A DNA stretch of 63,763 nt, counting the filler, from Octopus bimaculoides (Eukaryota), in assembly GCF_001194135.2 (NCBI RefSeq). It is 7 parts of 7 records of this genome, joined end to end, with 100 filler letters (N's around TTAATTAATTAA, not from the genome) between each part and the next. Parts side by side here need not be neighbours in the genome. Positions count along the whole stretch, not along the records: positions 47,672 to 56,713 come from NC_068997.1; positions 56,814 to 61,335 come from NC_068984.1; positions 61,436 to 63,763 come from NC_069003.1; 4 more parts are not named here. The stretch is one strand, 5' to 3'. Every line of letters begins with the position of its first letter. Within the stretch, counting starts at the first letter, position 1. The translations under genes and the position numbers were made by a program. The notes beneath the pieces were generated by a model. The model made no database searches. It had not been told where the DNA came from and saw only the letters and a program-made list of their open reading frames with translations. Positions 51,075 to 63,350 of this stretch are shown piece after piece.

Positions 51075-51226
51075 CAGGTTTCTTTGTGTGTGCACCGGAT
51101 AAATCTATTCACGAAGGTTTCATCAGCCTGACAGTATAAGGGAAGACGTTTGCCTGTGTGACGCACAGTGGGACTGAACCTAAGCCAACACTGTTGCAAG
51201 GCAAGTTTCTTAACCACACATCCACG
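51075..51226 (-). mobile_element. SINE family B, 5' module
   Basis: Reverse reads TGTGTGGTTAAGAAACTTGCC..GGTTCAGTCCCACTGTGCG. Confidence 0.7.
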
Positions 51227-51495
51227 TTCTGGTAAATAAACAAACAAACAAACAAATAAATAAATAAGACCAAGTTTGGTAATAAAATGGTTTCAGAAAT
51301 TCTCTGTCTGGAAAATTAATAAAGATAGGCGGTCATGCTTGGACTGCCTTTGATCATAATCTGTTTGATCAGAGTTAATTTAGATGGGTTATACAACAAT
51401 GATTAGCTTAAGTAGTAAAGCGGGTGACTACGTGGATGAGCGACCTGTTAAGTACAGTGACCAAATGTTACAAATGTATTTTCAATGCAGTTATG

Positions 51496-51527
<32 letters not shown>

Positions 51528-53295
51528 TGTATGTATGTATGTATGTATGTATGTATGTACGTATGTACGTATGTATGTATGTATGTANNNNNNNNNNNNN
51601 NNNNNNNNNNNNNNNNNNNNNNNNNNNNNNNNNNNNNNNNNNNNNNNNNNNNNNNNNNNNNNNNNNNNNNNNNNNNNNNNNNNNNNNNNNNNNNNNNNNN
51701 NNNNNNNNNNNNNNNNNNNNNNNNNNNNNNNNNNNNNNNNNNNNNNNNNNNNNNNNNNNNNNNNNNNNNNNNNNNNNNNNNNNNNNNNNNNNNNNNNNNN
51801 NNNNNNNNNNNNNNNNNNNNNNNNNNNNNNNNNNNNNNNNNNNNNNNNNNNNNNNNNNNNNNNNNNNNNNNNNNNNNNNNNNNNNNNNNNNNNNNNNNNN
51901 NNNNNNNNNNNNNNNNNNNNNNNNNNNNNNNNNNNNNNNNNNNNNNNNNNNNNNNNNNNNNNNNNNNNNNNNNNNNNNNNNNNNNNNNNNNNNNNNNNNN
52001 NNNNNNNNNNNNNNNNNNNNNNNNNNNNNNNNNNNNNNNNNNNNNNNNNNNNNNNNNNNNNNNNNNNNNNNNNNNNNNNNNNNNNNNNNNNNNNNNNNNN
52101 NNNNNNNNNNNNNNNNNNNNNNNNNNNNNNNNNNNNNNNNNNNNNNNNNNNNNNNNNNNNNNNNNNNNNNNNNNNNNNNNNNNNNNNNNNNNNNNNNNNN
52201 NNNNNNNNNNNNNNNNNNNNNNNNNNNNNNNNNNNNNNNNNNNNNNNNNNNNNNNNNNNNNNNNNNNNNNNNNNNNNNNNNNNNNNNNNNNNNNNNNNNN
52301 NNNNNNNNNNNNNNNNNNNNNNNNNNNNNNNNNNNNNNNNNNNNNNNNNNNNNNNNNNNNNNNNNNNNNNNNNNNNNNNNNNNNNNNNNNNNNNNNNNNN
52401 NNNNNNNNNNNNNNNNNNNNNNNNNNNNNNNNNNNNNNNNNNNNNNNNNNNNNNNNNNNNNNNNNNNNNNNNNNNNNNNNNNNNNNNNNNAACAATAGCA
52501 ACTCCAACGTCAACAACAACAGCAACAGCAACAACGACAATAAATAAACACAAACAGATGTATGAGAGCGAGAAGCCCTTTCATGTATGTAAACGGCTGA
52601 AAACGTTTTATTTAAACACAACCAATGTGACGTGGATGACGAAGGAAGAAGAAAAGCCAACCAGCAGAGTGCAAGCAAGGTGAGGAGAGGGAGGAGATGA
52701 TATAAACGAATGAGGAGTAAGAGAAAGGGAGGTAATTTACTATCAAATACAGGGAAAGAGAGAGGAAAACAAGTATAGAGAGAGGGGAGAGAGTGATATG
52801 CAGAACTAATGATATATATTGAAAGGGAAGGATAAAGAAGCGACAGAGAGAAAGAGTAATGGATGGAGAGAGAGGAAAAGCGAAGGCGAAAGGGAAGCAG
52901 TGGGAGATGAAGTTAGTATAACTGAGAAGAGAACAGATTTCTTGAGCAGGCATCAGTCTACGAAACCTTGCTATCCATCCAGCCATCCAGTTAGCCAACA
53001 AGACTTTGTTAGAGAGAAAGGAAAAAGGAAAAAAAGAGCGGAAAGCAAACATGAAAGAAGAAAAGACAGGCAGTCAGCCAAACAGAGAGAAAAGGACAGA
53101 GAACGAATGGACTTGTTGCCTTTTACCAGCCACATAACAGGGGTTCTCAGTCGAACTGGAATGGAAAAAGAGAGAAAAAAGGGAGTTATGAGGTTTTTGT
53201 ATATGTGAGAAATAGTGTGGTGTTTTTGAAGTGTATTTATCTGTGTGCGCGCACGCGCGCGTGTGTGGTGTGTGTGGAGAGTATGAATACACACA

Positions 53296-53353
<58 letters not shown>

Positions 53354-55389
53354 NNNNNNNNNNNNNNNNNNNNNNNNNNNNNNNNNNNNNNNNNNNNNNN
53401 NNNNNNNNNNNNNNNNNNNNNNNNNNNNNNNNNNNNNNNNNNNNNNNNNNNNNNNNNNNNNNNNNNNNNNNNNNNNNNNNNNNNNNNNNNNNNNNNNNNN
53501 NNNNNNNNNNNNNNNNNNNNNNNNNNNNNNNNNNNNNNNNNNNNNNNNNNNNNNNNNNNNNNNNNNNNNNNNNNNNNNNNNNNNNNNNNNNNNNNNNNNN
53601 NNNNNNNNNNNNNNNNNNNNNNNNNNNNNNNNNNNNNNNNNNNNNNNNNNNNNNNNNNNNNNNNNNNNNNNNNNNNNNNNNNNNNNNNNNNNNNNNNNNN
53701 NNNNNNNNNNNNNNNNNNNNNNNNNNNNNNNNNNNNNNNNNNNNNNNNNNNNNNNNNNNNNNNNNNNNNNNNNNNNNNNNNNNNNNNNNNNNNNNNNNNN
53801 NNNNNNNNNNNNNNNNNNNNNNNNNNNNNNNNNNNNNNNNNNNNNNNNNNNNNNNNNNNNNNNNNNNNNNNNNNNNNNNNNNNNNNNNNNNNNNNNNNNN
53901 NNNNNNNNNNNNNNNNNNNNNNNNNNNNNNNNNNNNNNNNNNNNNNNNNNNNNNNNNNNNNNNNNNNNNNNNNNNNNNNNNNNNNNNNNNNNNNNNNNNN
54001 NNNNNNNNNNNNNNNNNNNNNNNNNNNNNNNNNNNNNNNNNNNNNNNNNNNNNNNNNNNNNNNNNNNNNNNNNNNNNNNNNNNNNNNNNNNNNNNNNNNN
54101 NNNNNNNNNNNNNNNNNTATATATTTATGTACGTATGTATGTATGTATATACACGTATGCATATATATATGTCTGTGTTTGTGTGAGTGTGTGTATGTGT
54201 GTGTGTGTGCAAGTAAGTATGCAATTGTCGTAATTATATACTGGAATGCATTAATGATTTGTTTCGTTTGGTGATCAGGTTAATATGTATGCATGTATTC
54301 ATGTATGTATGTGTGTATGTATATATATATATGATGAGTGTATAAATGTATGTATGTATGTATGTATTTATGTATATATACATGTATGTATATATAAATA
54401 AGTACACACACATACACATTCTCGTATATATAGAGTTTGGCAATATATCCATATATATTTTACACATATAAATGTTGACACTGAAAAAATGTTTTTAATG
54501 CATGTATATATATATGTGTGTGTGTATGTGTGTGCAAAATGTCCAAGAGAGATTAAACATGCACCACACACACATACACATACTGTTATAATTTGTGGGC
54601 GGTCATTGATTGCCAATTATGCATGTGTATATGTGCATGTATATAAACACGTATGCATTCATATATATATATATANNNNNNNNNNNNNNNNNNNNNNNNN
54701 NNNNNNNNNNNNNNNNNNNNNNNNNNNNNNNNNNNNNNNNNNNNNNNNNNNNNNNNNNNNNNNNNNNNNNNNNNNNNNNNNNNNNNNNNNNNNNNNNNNN
54801 NNNNNNNNNNNNNNNNNNNNNNNNNNNNNNNNNNNNNNNNNNNNNNNNNNNNNNNNNNNNNNNNNNNNNNNNNNNNNNNNNNNNNNNNNNNNNNNNNNNN
54901 NNNNNNNNNNNNNNNNNNNNNNNNNNNNNNNNNNNNNNNNNNNNNNNNNNNNNNNNNNNNNNNNNNNNNNNNNNNNNNNNNNNNNNNNNNNNNNNNNNNN
55001 NNNNNNNNNNNNNNNNNNNNNNNNNNNNNNNNNNNNNNNNNNNNNNNNNNNNNNNNNNNNNNNNNNNNNNNNNNNNNNNNNNNNNNNNNNNNNNNNNNNN
55101 NNNNNNNNNNNNNNNNNNNNNNNNNNNNNNNNNNNNNNNNNNNNNNNNNNNNNNNNNNNNNNNNNNNNNNNNNNNNNNNNNNNNNNNNNNNNNNNNNNNN
55201 NNNNNNNNNNNNNNNNNNNNNNNNNNNNNNNNNNNNNNNNNNNNNNNNNNNNNNNNNNNNNNNNNNNNNNNNNNNNNNNNNNNNNNNNNNNNNNNNNNNN
55301 NNNNNNNNNNNNNNNNNNNNNNNNNNNNNNNNNNNNNNNNNNNNNNNNNNNNNNNNNNNNNNNNNNNNNNNNNNNNNNNNNNNNNNNNN

Positions 55390-55442
<53 letters not shown>

Positions 55443-56109
55443 GTATGCACACACACACACACACACACACGCACACACTCACATACACATACACACGCAT
55501 ATAATGTATATTTTCCACAAAATCCTGTGTGTGTTCGCGTCATTTCAAATGTTTTCAAACTTAAATATTACGTTCAAAGTTACACTAATCAACTCACCTT
55601 TCTTTTGCGCGGGCCCTATCGATTTTTGGTTTTATGGAACATAAGCCTTTAAGAACACCTTGTATACATGCATTCATACAAACGTACCTACATACATAAA
55701 TACATACATACATACATACATACATACATACATACATACATACATACGTACATGCGGGCATGCAAACGTATACATGAGTATGTGTTCGTTTTAAAAGTTG
55801 AAGTTTAACTTTATGTGTAATACCGTGAAACTGTTGGGTAAAATATAAGAAATAATATATATATATATGAAAAAAATAAACTAACCGTGCCCATGAGATA
55901 ATGGTTGCATGCCAGTCATATAAATTCAAGTTGCGTGGGCAGCATTGCTATCTGTTAGAGAGTTCCATCTAATGTTCACATGCTATCATATATAGGTCGT
56001 GCATTTCGAATTCAAGCAATAAATAACGACTTATTACGTGTTCTGTCGAGATTTCCAAACTTATGAATTAAAATATATAATTACATACATACATATATAC
56101 ATATATGTA

Positions 56110-56186
<77 letters not shown>

Positions 56187-59039
56187 GAGTTTATGTATAC
56201 GGGTTCACAAGCAATTAAGAATGCGTGTATGTGTATACTCATATATGTATCTAAATATATGTCCAAGTGCGTGCATGTGTTTCTACGAATGTATGCGTGT
56301 GTGTGTGTATTAGTCTGTGTATGTATGTGAGTACATAAAACCTGTGCCCACGAGATTGTGTGTGCCTCTGCATTTCAGTCCAAGCGAGTTTGCTGTTCCT
56401 TTTTTTGTAAGCTCTGTACGAATTCCATTATGCCGTTGTCTTTTATTTATTTATTTATTTATTTTGTTTAATAAATATCTACCTTAGTTCAGACATATAA
56501 CTTATACATACAGACATACACGTGTACATGCAATACACAGTACAAATGAAATATATAATAGATATTATATGAAATATTATTTGATATTATATATTACGAA
56601 TTACTCTACTGAAAATTTGTGAGCGCATTTAATTCAATATGAAGCAATCTGAATGTTACTGTATAAATATGAAATGTGCATACGTATATATATATATATA
56701 TATATATATATATNNNNNNNNNNNNNNNNNNNNNNNNNNNNNNNNNNNNNNNNNNNNTTAATTAATTAANNNNNNNNNNNNNNNNNNNNNNNNNNNNNNN
56801 NNNNNNNNNNNNNATATATTTATCTATTTATTTATTTATATTTATATTAAATTCAAATTACGATAAACGTAAACAAACAAACGAAGTTTGCTTTTAGAAC
56901 CGTTGAGTTGTCTTAGAAAGTTAAAGAAGTGATTTTAAATTCTCAAACGCAGGTTAATGCTAATAATATAGCCTGAACAGGATAATGTATAAATATGCAT
57001 ATGTCATTATTCAGTTTTATTTCAAGATTTCTTGCCAATAGAGAAAGAACTGGTTTCTAACCTAGATCCAAGGCTCCTTCATTGGAATTTCTGCAACATC
57101 AACAGGGTATTTTGTATGTATGTATGTATGTATGTATGTATGAATGTATGTATGTATGTATGTATGAATGTATGTATGTATGTATGTATGTATGTCTTCT
57201 ATTTTTTAATTATTATAAATCTTCCACTGAGGAGGGAGCCGGTTTGCAACAAAGGGTAGGTAGGTAGGTAGGTAGGTAGGTAGGTAGGTTGGTTGGTTGG
57301 TTGGTTGGTTGGTTGGTTGGTTGGTTAGTGTGCGTGCCAGTTTGCATAAATATAAATTATGGCCATTCAATCTTATATTTGTAATAAGGGGAAAAACATG
57401 AAGCATAATGATTGGTAACCGAATTCTCGATCTTAAAGTCAAGTGTTCGATTTCCAGTGAGGAAATTCCTCAAAGCACTTCAAGTTTGTAGTAGGTCCAC
57501 TCAGCTGGCAAAAATCAATACTAAGACCGACAAGCGCCAGGTCTCCGTCAAGAGTCAGGAATACTTTTAAATCCTTTCAGGCTTGAAGATGAATACTTCT
57601 TACGGTGAATAGCTGTAGCTTATCTATTACCATTTACATTTTTATAAAACGTTGGGTATGTAGTAACAGATTTTTTGGACTAGGAATATTACTAAAAATA
57701 TGCACAACCCTCCAAGGTGCTCACTTAAAGTTTTATCCACACAGCTACAAGGAAAGATTAGCTTATTGTGCAGTTGGTTTAGCTCATACTTATTGCACGC
57801 CAGTGCAGTATCCTTTTCTGATATGCCCAGGAAAAAGAAAAAGAAATAAACGCCCAACTAGCGAAAACAAAATAAAAATAAAATGTTTTTAAAATTAGAA
57901 AATTTAGAGGATTATAAAATGAAATAAACGTTTACCAGATAACATCTTATCTTTACTATCTAAAACATAATCTTGTTTTATTCATGACCATTGCCTCGGA
58001 GCACTAATAGAAACCGGACCTAGAACTTAAAGCTACTGTCTTGTTTACTTTTGCATTTAGCAGCCTTATTTCAAATGATCTCAAAAGACATGCCTAAAGT
58101 GGCTTAGGACAAATGTTCCTGCTGTTGTTGTTGTTGTTGTTGTTGCTTATGCATTTGTTGATAATGATTAAGTTTATCATGTCGTTCATGCTGATGGTGT
58201 TGAGGATAATGCGAAGTGAGTGAAAGAGAAATGGCAGATGGCGACAATGATGAGGACTACGATGAGAAGGATGATAATATTGATGACGATAAAGATAAAG
58301 ATGGATACTATGTTGGACTTGAGACGTTTTTAATTAAAATTTCTGAGATTTCGTTTTTTTAATATTTTTCTCCAACGTATCAGACGTGAGATTGTTCGGC
58401 ATCAAGATAAAGAGATGATTGTAAAGGTTACAAAGACAAATACATACGTGTTTTGATGCTCACATATTCATACACATACGGGCGTGAACACACAAATATA
58501 TACACACAACATGCATGCAATACTCATACATACACATACGCACAGACAAGCATCTACTATAAGAGGTTTTTGACATGGCGTCAAATCCATGTTATGCTTT
58601 TTTGAATATAGACAAGTCTTTATCTATTATCACCATTGTTTTATCACCGGGCATTCATGTATATACAGATATAGCTACACATATGTGTGTATGTGAATGG
58701 GCGTGAATTCATAGAAGCGTGCAATATATGTTAAGTTTAAATTTATAGGTATTTGTGTCAGTGTGTGTGTCTGTGTCTGTCTGTCTGTCTTTGTGCCTGT
58801 GTGTTCCTTCATGCACATTAAGCGGGCATTAACATAGGCAGATTAATTTTATTTCATATAAGTGGAATATTTTATCTCTGGGAGTGCACAACGTCTCAGC
58901 GGGAAGTAGGTGTTACGATGTTATGTCTATGGGAATTCAAAACACGAGAAGACTGAATCACAAATATACCACACAATAGCTATATCTAGTACTTGCAAGT
59001 TACCTCACGTTATGTATATATACGTATACATGTGTGTGT

Positions 59040-59071
<32 letters not shown>

Positions 59072-59150
59072 TTGTGTGCGTGTGTGTGTGTTTGTGTGCG
59101 TGTATCTAGCAATCTTTATATCCTACTAAGAACGCCATAGTACTGCGGCA

Positions 59151-59404
59151 TTCGTCTTGAGAAGACATCCTTTAGATGTAAAGTGCTAAACATGCACAGG
59201 AGTATCAGTAGCAGGAGAACAATTACCACCACTGGCAGTAAAACTGCAAGATCACGTGATTTCTGTGTGTTTGAACTCCGTTAGCAGCAAGTATCCACTA
59301 TCACTGCATGCTGAATATTTTCCTTCCGCTACTGATATTTCTGCGCTTTTTAACACTATACGTCTATAGAAACACTCCTATAGAAAATGCTTTGTCAAGA
59401 CGAA
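59151..59404. mobile_element. MITE-like fold-back, about 254 bp
   Basis: Perfect terminal TTCGTCTTGA / TCAAGACGAA, plus imperfect arms of about 70 bp (TAGATGTAAAGTGCTAAA..TATCAGTAGC vs reverse complement of 59325-59368). Confidence 0.65.
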
Positions 59405-59934
59405 CATTATAATTATAGTTATCTTACAATACTTCTACGTACTAATTGGTTTTGCAATTTTAAAGACCAAGAATCAACTTGCCATCTTCTATTAAAATAA
59501 CTGACCAGCTGTATATATGTAAACACATTTTTTCTTCTTTCTCTCTTCCTTCTCTTTTCCATTGGCACTCCTTTCAGATACACAGGCATACACACACACA
59601 CACACATACACACACACACACAAACACACACACTCTGTCACTTTCTCCCCATTCCTCACCCTCTTTTACTATCCTAAATATCTCTCTCCACCCCTACACG
59701 CTCAATAATACAATAAAATGAGACGAATCCCCTCCACAGATTTAAATCTGAAGAGTCTACTAGAGTAGATGCAAGCGCTTAAATATGATTTATAAAAACA
59801 TGTGACATATTAATAAAAAATCTGTAAATGTACAACCATCCAGATCTCTGAGTACCTTATTTTTTCTAATATATAATACCTGTACATCACCTCCAAACCT
59901 TCTAATATGTATATCTATCTATATGTAGTGTATG

Positions 59935-60140
59935 TTTGTGTGTGTCTTTGTACCCCACCCACCATCGCTTGAAAACTGATGTTGGTGTGTTTACGTCCCC
60001 GTAACTTGGAGGTTCGGTAAAAGGAGACGATAGAATAAGGACTAAGTTTACAAAGAATAAGTCCTGTGGTCAATTTGTTCGACTAAAAGCAGTGCTCCAG
60101 CATGGCTGCAGTCAAATGACTGAAACACGTAAAAGAATAA
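59935..60140 (+). mobile_element. SINE family B, 3' module
   Basis: GGTGTGTTTACGTCCCCGTAACTT..GCTCCAGCATGGCTGCAGTCAAATGACTGAAAC. Confidence 0.85.
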
Positions 60141-60180
60141 AAGACTACATACGAATCTTTACACATGCATACATAATGCA

Positions 60181-60211
<31 letters not shown>

Positions 60212-61026
60212 GTTTGCGTGTGTTCAACGAATATGACACGCTCAAGGCGCGCAACAGCAACCTTTGAAAGAATTTTGATGATAATATCTAAAAAGAAATT
60301 ATAAAGCCAGTGAAANNNNNNNNNNNNNNNNNNNNNNNNNNNNNNNNNNNNNNNNNNNNNNNNNNNNNNNNNNNNNNNNNNNNNNNNNNNNNNNNNNNNN
60401 NNNNNNNNNNNNNNNNNNNNNNNNNNNNNNNNNNNNNNNNNNNNNNNNNNNNNNNNNNNNTTTGAAAGAATTTTGATGATAATATCTAAAAAGAAATTAT
60501 AAAGCCAGTGAAAAGATGAGGATATTTGACAGTTATTTGGGTGGTGAATGATCACGCCATGTTGCTATTATGATCTATCTAACATCTCTTAGCGACAAAA
60601 ATTGGTTGTTGTCAAAGCTTATAATACTTTCTTTTTCTCTGAACAACAAATCTAATTGAAAACAATATCTCGGTGATCTACGGCACGTATTTTCTTAACT
60701 AAAAGTGGCAGTTGTGCATGTCGGATATGTTTAACAGGAAATATTTTACATATCGTACATCAATACACAAACACACATACACACACAGACACGCACACAT
60801 ATATAAATATATATATAAATACATGCATGTAAATACATATAACCCAATATACATACACACACGTTTAAACATTTGCATAGATACACATACAAACAGCCAT
60901 ACGCCTATGCAATTACACACTGGCACACATAGGAACACACAAGCGCGCACAAGCACACACATATACACAGAGACAGATAAAGAAACTATACGTGCACATT
61001 TATTAAGCAGACGTGTTGTATGGATA

Positions 61027-61048
61027 CATACACACATACATACATACA

Positions 61049-61081
<33 letters not shown>

Positions 61082-61335
61082 GGTGGTTGTCTACTCCTTA
61101 AACAGAGTTTGACCACCTCCTGCACCTACACCTTAGCCCTTTCATGGCGTCTGATGTGGCTTTTTAAACCAGACAGTGTTTTGAAAAAACACCCACACAG
61201 ATTGCACCTCTGATTTGCACTACCAATACCTGCAAGTAAGTTCTGCTCATTGTGGATCCTAACATGTCTTTTAAGACCCCCATTGGATTTGCAAACCCTC
61301 TGGCACACACCACATTCAAACGTGTGCACAGACAT
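61027..61335 (-). mobile_element. RTE-type LINE 3' end with two canonical C2H2 fingers and (TATG)n tail
   Basis: CGVCQRVCKSNGGLKRHVRIH and CNLCGCFFKTLSGLKSHIRRH (both C-x2-C-x12-H-x3-H), stop 61126-61128, short UTR GTGGTCAAACTCTG..GACAACCACC, then microsatellite; upstream lost in spacer. Confidence 0.7.
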
Positions 61336-61435
61336 NNNNNNNNNNNNNNNNNNNNNNNNNNNNNNNNNNNNNNNNNNNNTTAATTAATTAANNNNNNNNN
61401 NNNNNNNNNNNNNNNNNNNNNNNNNNNNNNNNNNN

Positions 61436-61484
<49 letters not shown>

Positions 61485-61686
61485 TTGTGTGTCTGTGTTT
61501 GTCCCCCTAACGTCACTTGACAACCGATGCTGGTGTGTTTACGTCCCCGTAACTTAGCGGTTCGGCAAAAGAGATCAATAGAATAAGTACTAGGCTTACA
61601 AAAAATAAGTCCTGGGGTCGATTTGCTCGACTAAAGGCGGTGCTCCAGCATGGCCGCAGTCAAATGACTGAAACAAGTAAAAGAGT
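61485..61686 (+). mobile_element. SINE family B, 3' module, young
   Basis: Best-preserved copy; ends GTCAAATGACTGAAACAAGTAAAAGAGT. Confidence 0.9.
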
Positions 61687-61987
61687 ATCTTGTAGATATT
61701 GAACATGTGATTGTTTATTTTTAGAATGATATAGTAGGGTATGTGTGAGAGGCTAGATCTGGTCAGTTTCAACATAAAACAGGTAGAATATTTGGGCTGG
61801 ATATGGCTGGATCAAATGCTAAGAGGTTAATCATGCATTATCTTGTAGTTTTGAGATTTCAATGATGCGATTGTTTAGTTTTAGAATGACATTGTAAGAT
61901 AGGTGTGAGAGGCCAGATCTGGCTGGTTTGAACATACAACAAGTAGAATAATTGGGCTGGATATAGTTGGTTTACTAAAGGGTTGAA
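61687..61987 (+). mobile_element. Two tandem units of about 155 bp resembling right ends of a TTAA-type (piggyBac-like) MITE
   Basis: Units 61687-61830 and 61831-61987 share TTTTAGAATGA..GTGTGAGAGGC.AGATCTGG..GTAGAATA.TTGGGCTGGATAT; end AATGCTAAGAGG-TTAA and ACTAAAGGG-TTGA. Confidence 0.6.
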
Positions 61988-62081
61988 CTTACCTACAAAT
62001 ATATAGTACTCAAACAATTAACCTTAGAAACATAACTAAGGAATAACTTTAACAAAGCCAGGAATTCACTTAACCAAGGAA

Positions 62082-62753
62082 ATAGTAAATCTAGTCAAGT
62101 TAACAGTTCCTCATGAAGATAACATGGATGCTTGAAAGATTGACTGGTATAAAAACCTCCTTGAGGAATGTGAAGACACAGGCTGGAAAGCAGAGCATTT
62201 TCCAGTTGAAGTTTGATGTNNNNNNNNNNAGCAACGTGAAATGAAGTGTTTTGCTCAAGAACACAACACGTCGCCCGGTTCAGGAATCGAAACCACCATC
62301 TTATGATCATGGTGCTGACACCCTAACCACTAAGCCATGCACCTCCACTAGATGCACCCTTTTTAAAGCCTAGCCAGGCTCATTGGCCCGGCTTCAGTGG
62401 CGTATGTGATCCCCAGCTGGACGGGACGCCAGTCCATCGCAGCGTTACTCGTTTTTGCCAGCTGAGTGAACTTGGAGCAACATGAAATGAAGTGTTTTGC
62501 TCAAGAACACAACACGTCGCCCGGTTCAGGAATCGAAACCACAATCTTACGATCATGATGCTGACACCCTAACCACTAAGCCATGCGCCTCCACGAAGTT
62601 TGATGTAGAGGATTCATTAGACACTGTAAGGCAATTGTTGTTAAAACATCATAAGCAAATACCACCACGAGTGATATCCAGACTACAGTGGAGAAGGCAA
62701 GCCACTGGCTTTGGTTAAAAAGAGATGGTGTGCAATGGCTAGAAGAACATTGA
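62082..62753 (+). mobile_element. HERO/NeSL-like non-LTR element, restriction-like endonuclease C-terminus, interrupted by SINE dimer
   Basis: LVKLTVPHEDNMD..WYKNLLEECEDTGWKAEHFPVEV*CRGFI..VEKASHWLWLKRDG..*, matching the ELTVPWEE..KY..L.EEC...GW....PVEVGCRGF..ERAS.WLW.KR pattern. Confidence 0.8.
62230..62594 (-). mobile_element. SINE family C tandem dimer, third body type
   Basis: Full copy 62349-62594 (A-box TGGCTTAGTGG, B-box GTTTCGATTCC, body GCGATGGACTGGCGTCCCGTCCAG) abutting second head 62230-62348; 12-bp TSD GAAGTTTGATGT at 62208-62219 and 62595-62606. Confidence 0.85.
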
Positions 62754-63099
62754 GCAAGACCTAGTAACCAGTTGATCTAGGGCCTCATTTTAGGGGGAAG
62801 GGAGGAAGGAGGCAGTGCACATTGATGCTGTTGAGAGGAAGGCCCCAAAATGGCCTGCATTCTCTCTTGATACCATAAGCTTGCTAGCATTCAGTATGTG
62901 GAGGTTTCGACTAGTAGCACTTGCGTCTGCTAGTTGTTTGCAAATGGAAATTTTTCTCTCTCCAGCTCCACCCCTCTGTTACTCCCCATTCCTCTGTTAC
63001 TCTCCACTCACTCTTCAATAACGTGAATAAGTCATGTGGCCATTCACCGCAAAAAAATATGTTCTGTCCTGGCTCCTTCTTTTAGACTCTACCCCTTAT

Positions 63100-63350
63100 C
63101 TCTTAGCATATAGGTGTCCCTCTCTCTACTGTGACCTCACTCAGTTGAAGATAATCTTAGTCTTGTAAGCTGCATGGCAACCTCATCAGAGCTGGTGGCA
63201 TGAGAAAAGCATCCACTATATACTGCAAAGTGGTTGGTGTTAGGAATGGAATCCAGTTGTAAAAGCTATGCCAAAGCAGTTACAGGAGTACAATGCAGTC
63301 CTTGGGACCATTGCATCCTGTTAAACTATCCAACCAATGCCAACATGGAC
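63100..63350 (+). mobile_element. RTE-associated 3' UTR or tail fragment
   Basis: GTGGTTGGTGTTAGGAATGGAATCCAGTTGTAAAA..ATCCAACCAATGCCAACATGG resembles the recalled TGGTTGGCGTTAGGAAGGGCATCCAGCCGTA motif of RTE-related 3' ends. Confidence 0.5.

Noticed and set aside
52548-52612. HKQMYESEKPFHVCKRLKTF resembling a ZNF HTGEKP linker
   Set aside because: Lacks the second His and the C-x2-C pair; no adjacent fingers; likely chance
60263-60513. Identical 53-bp direct repeat either side of a gap (60263-60315, 60461-60513)
   Set aside because: Contig end equals next contig start; most likely an unmerged overlap
62520-62594. tRNA-like A and B boxes here and in other SINE heads
   Set aside because: No complete cloverleaf; these are SINE promoters, not tRNA genes
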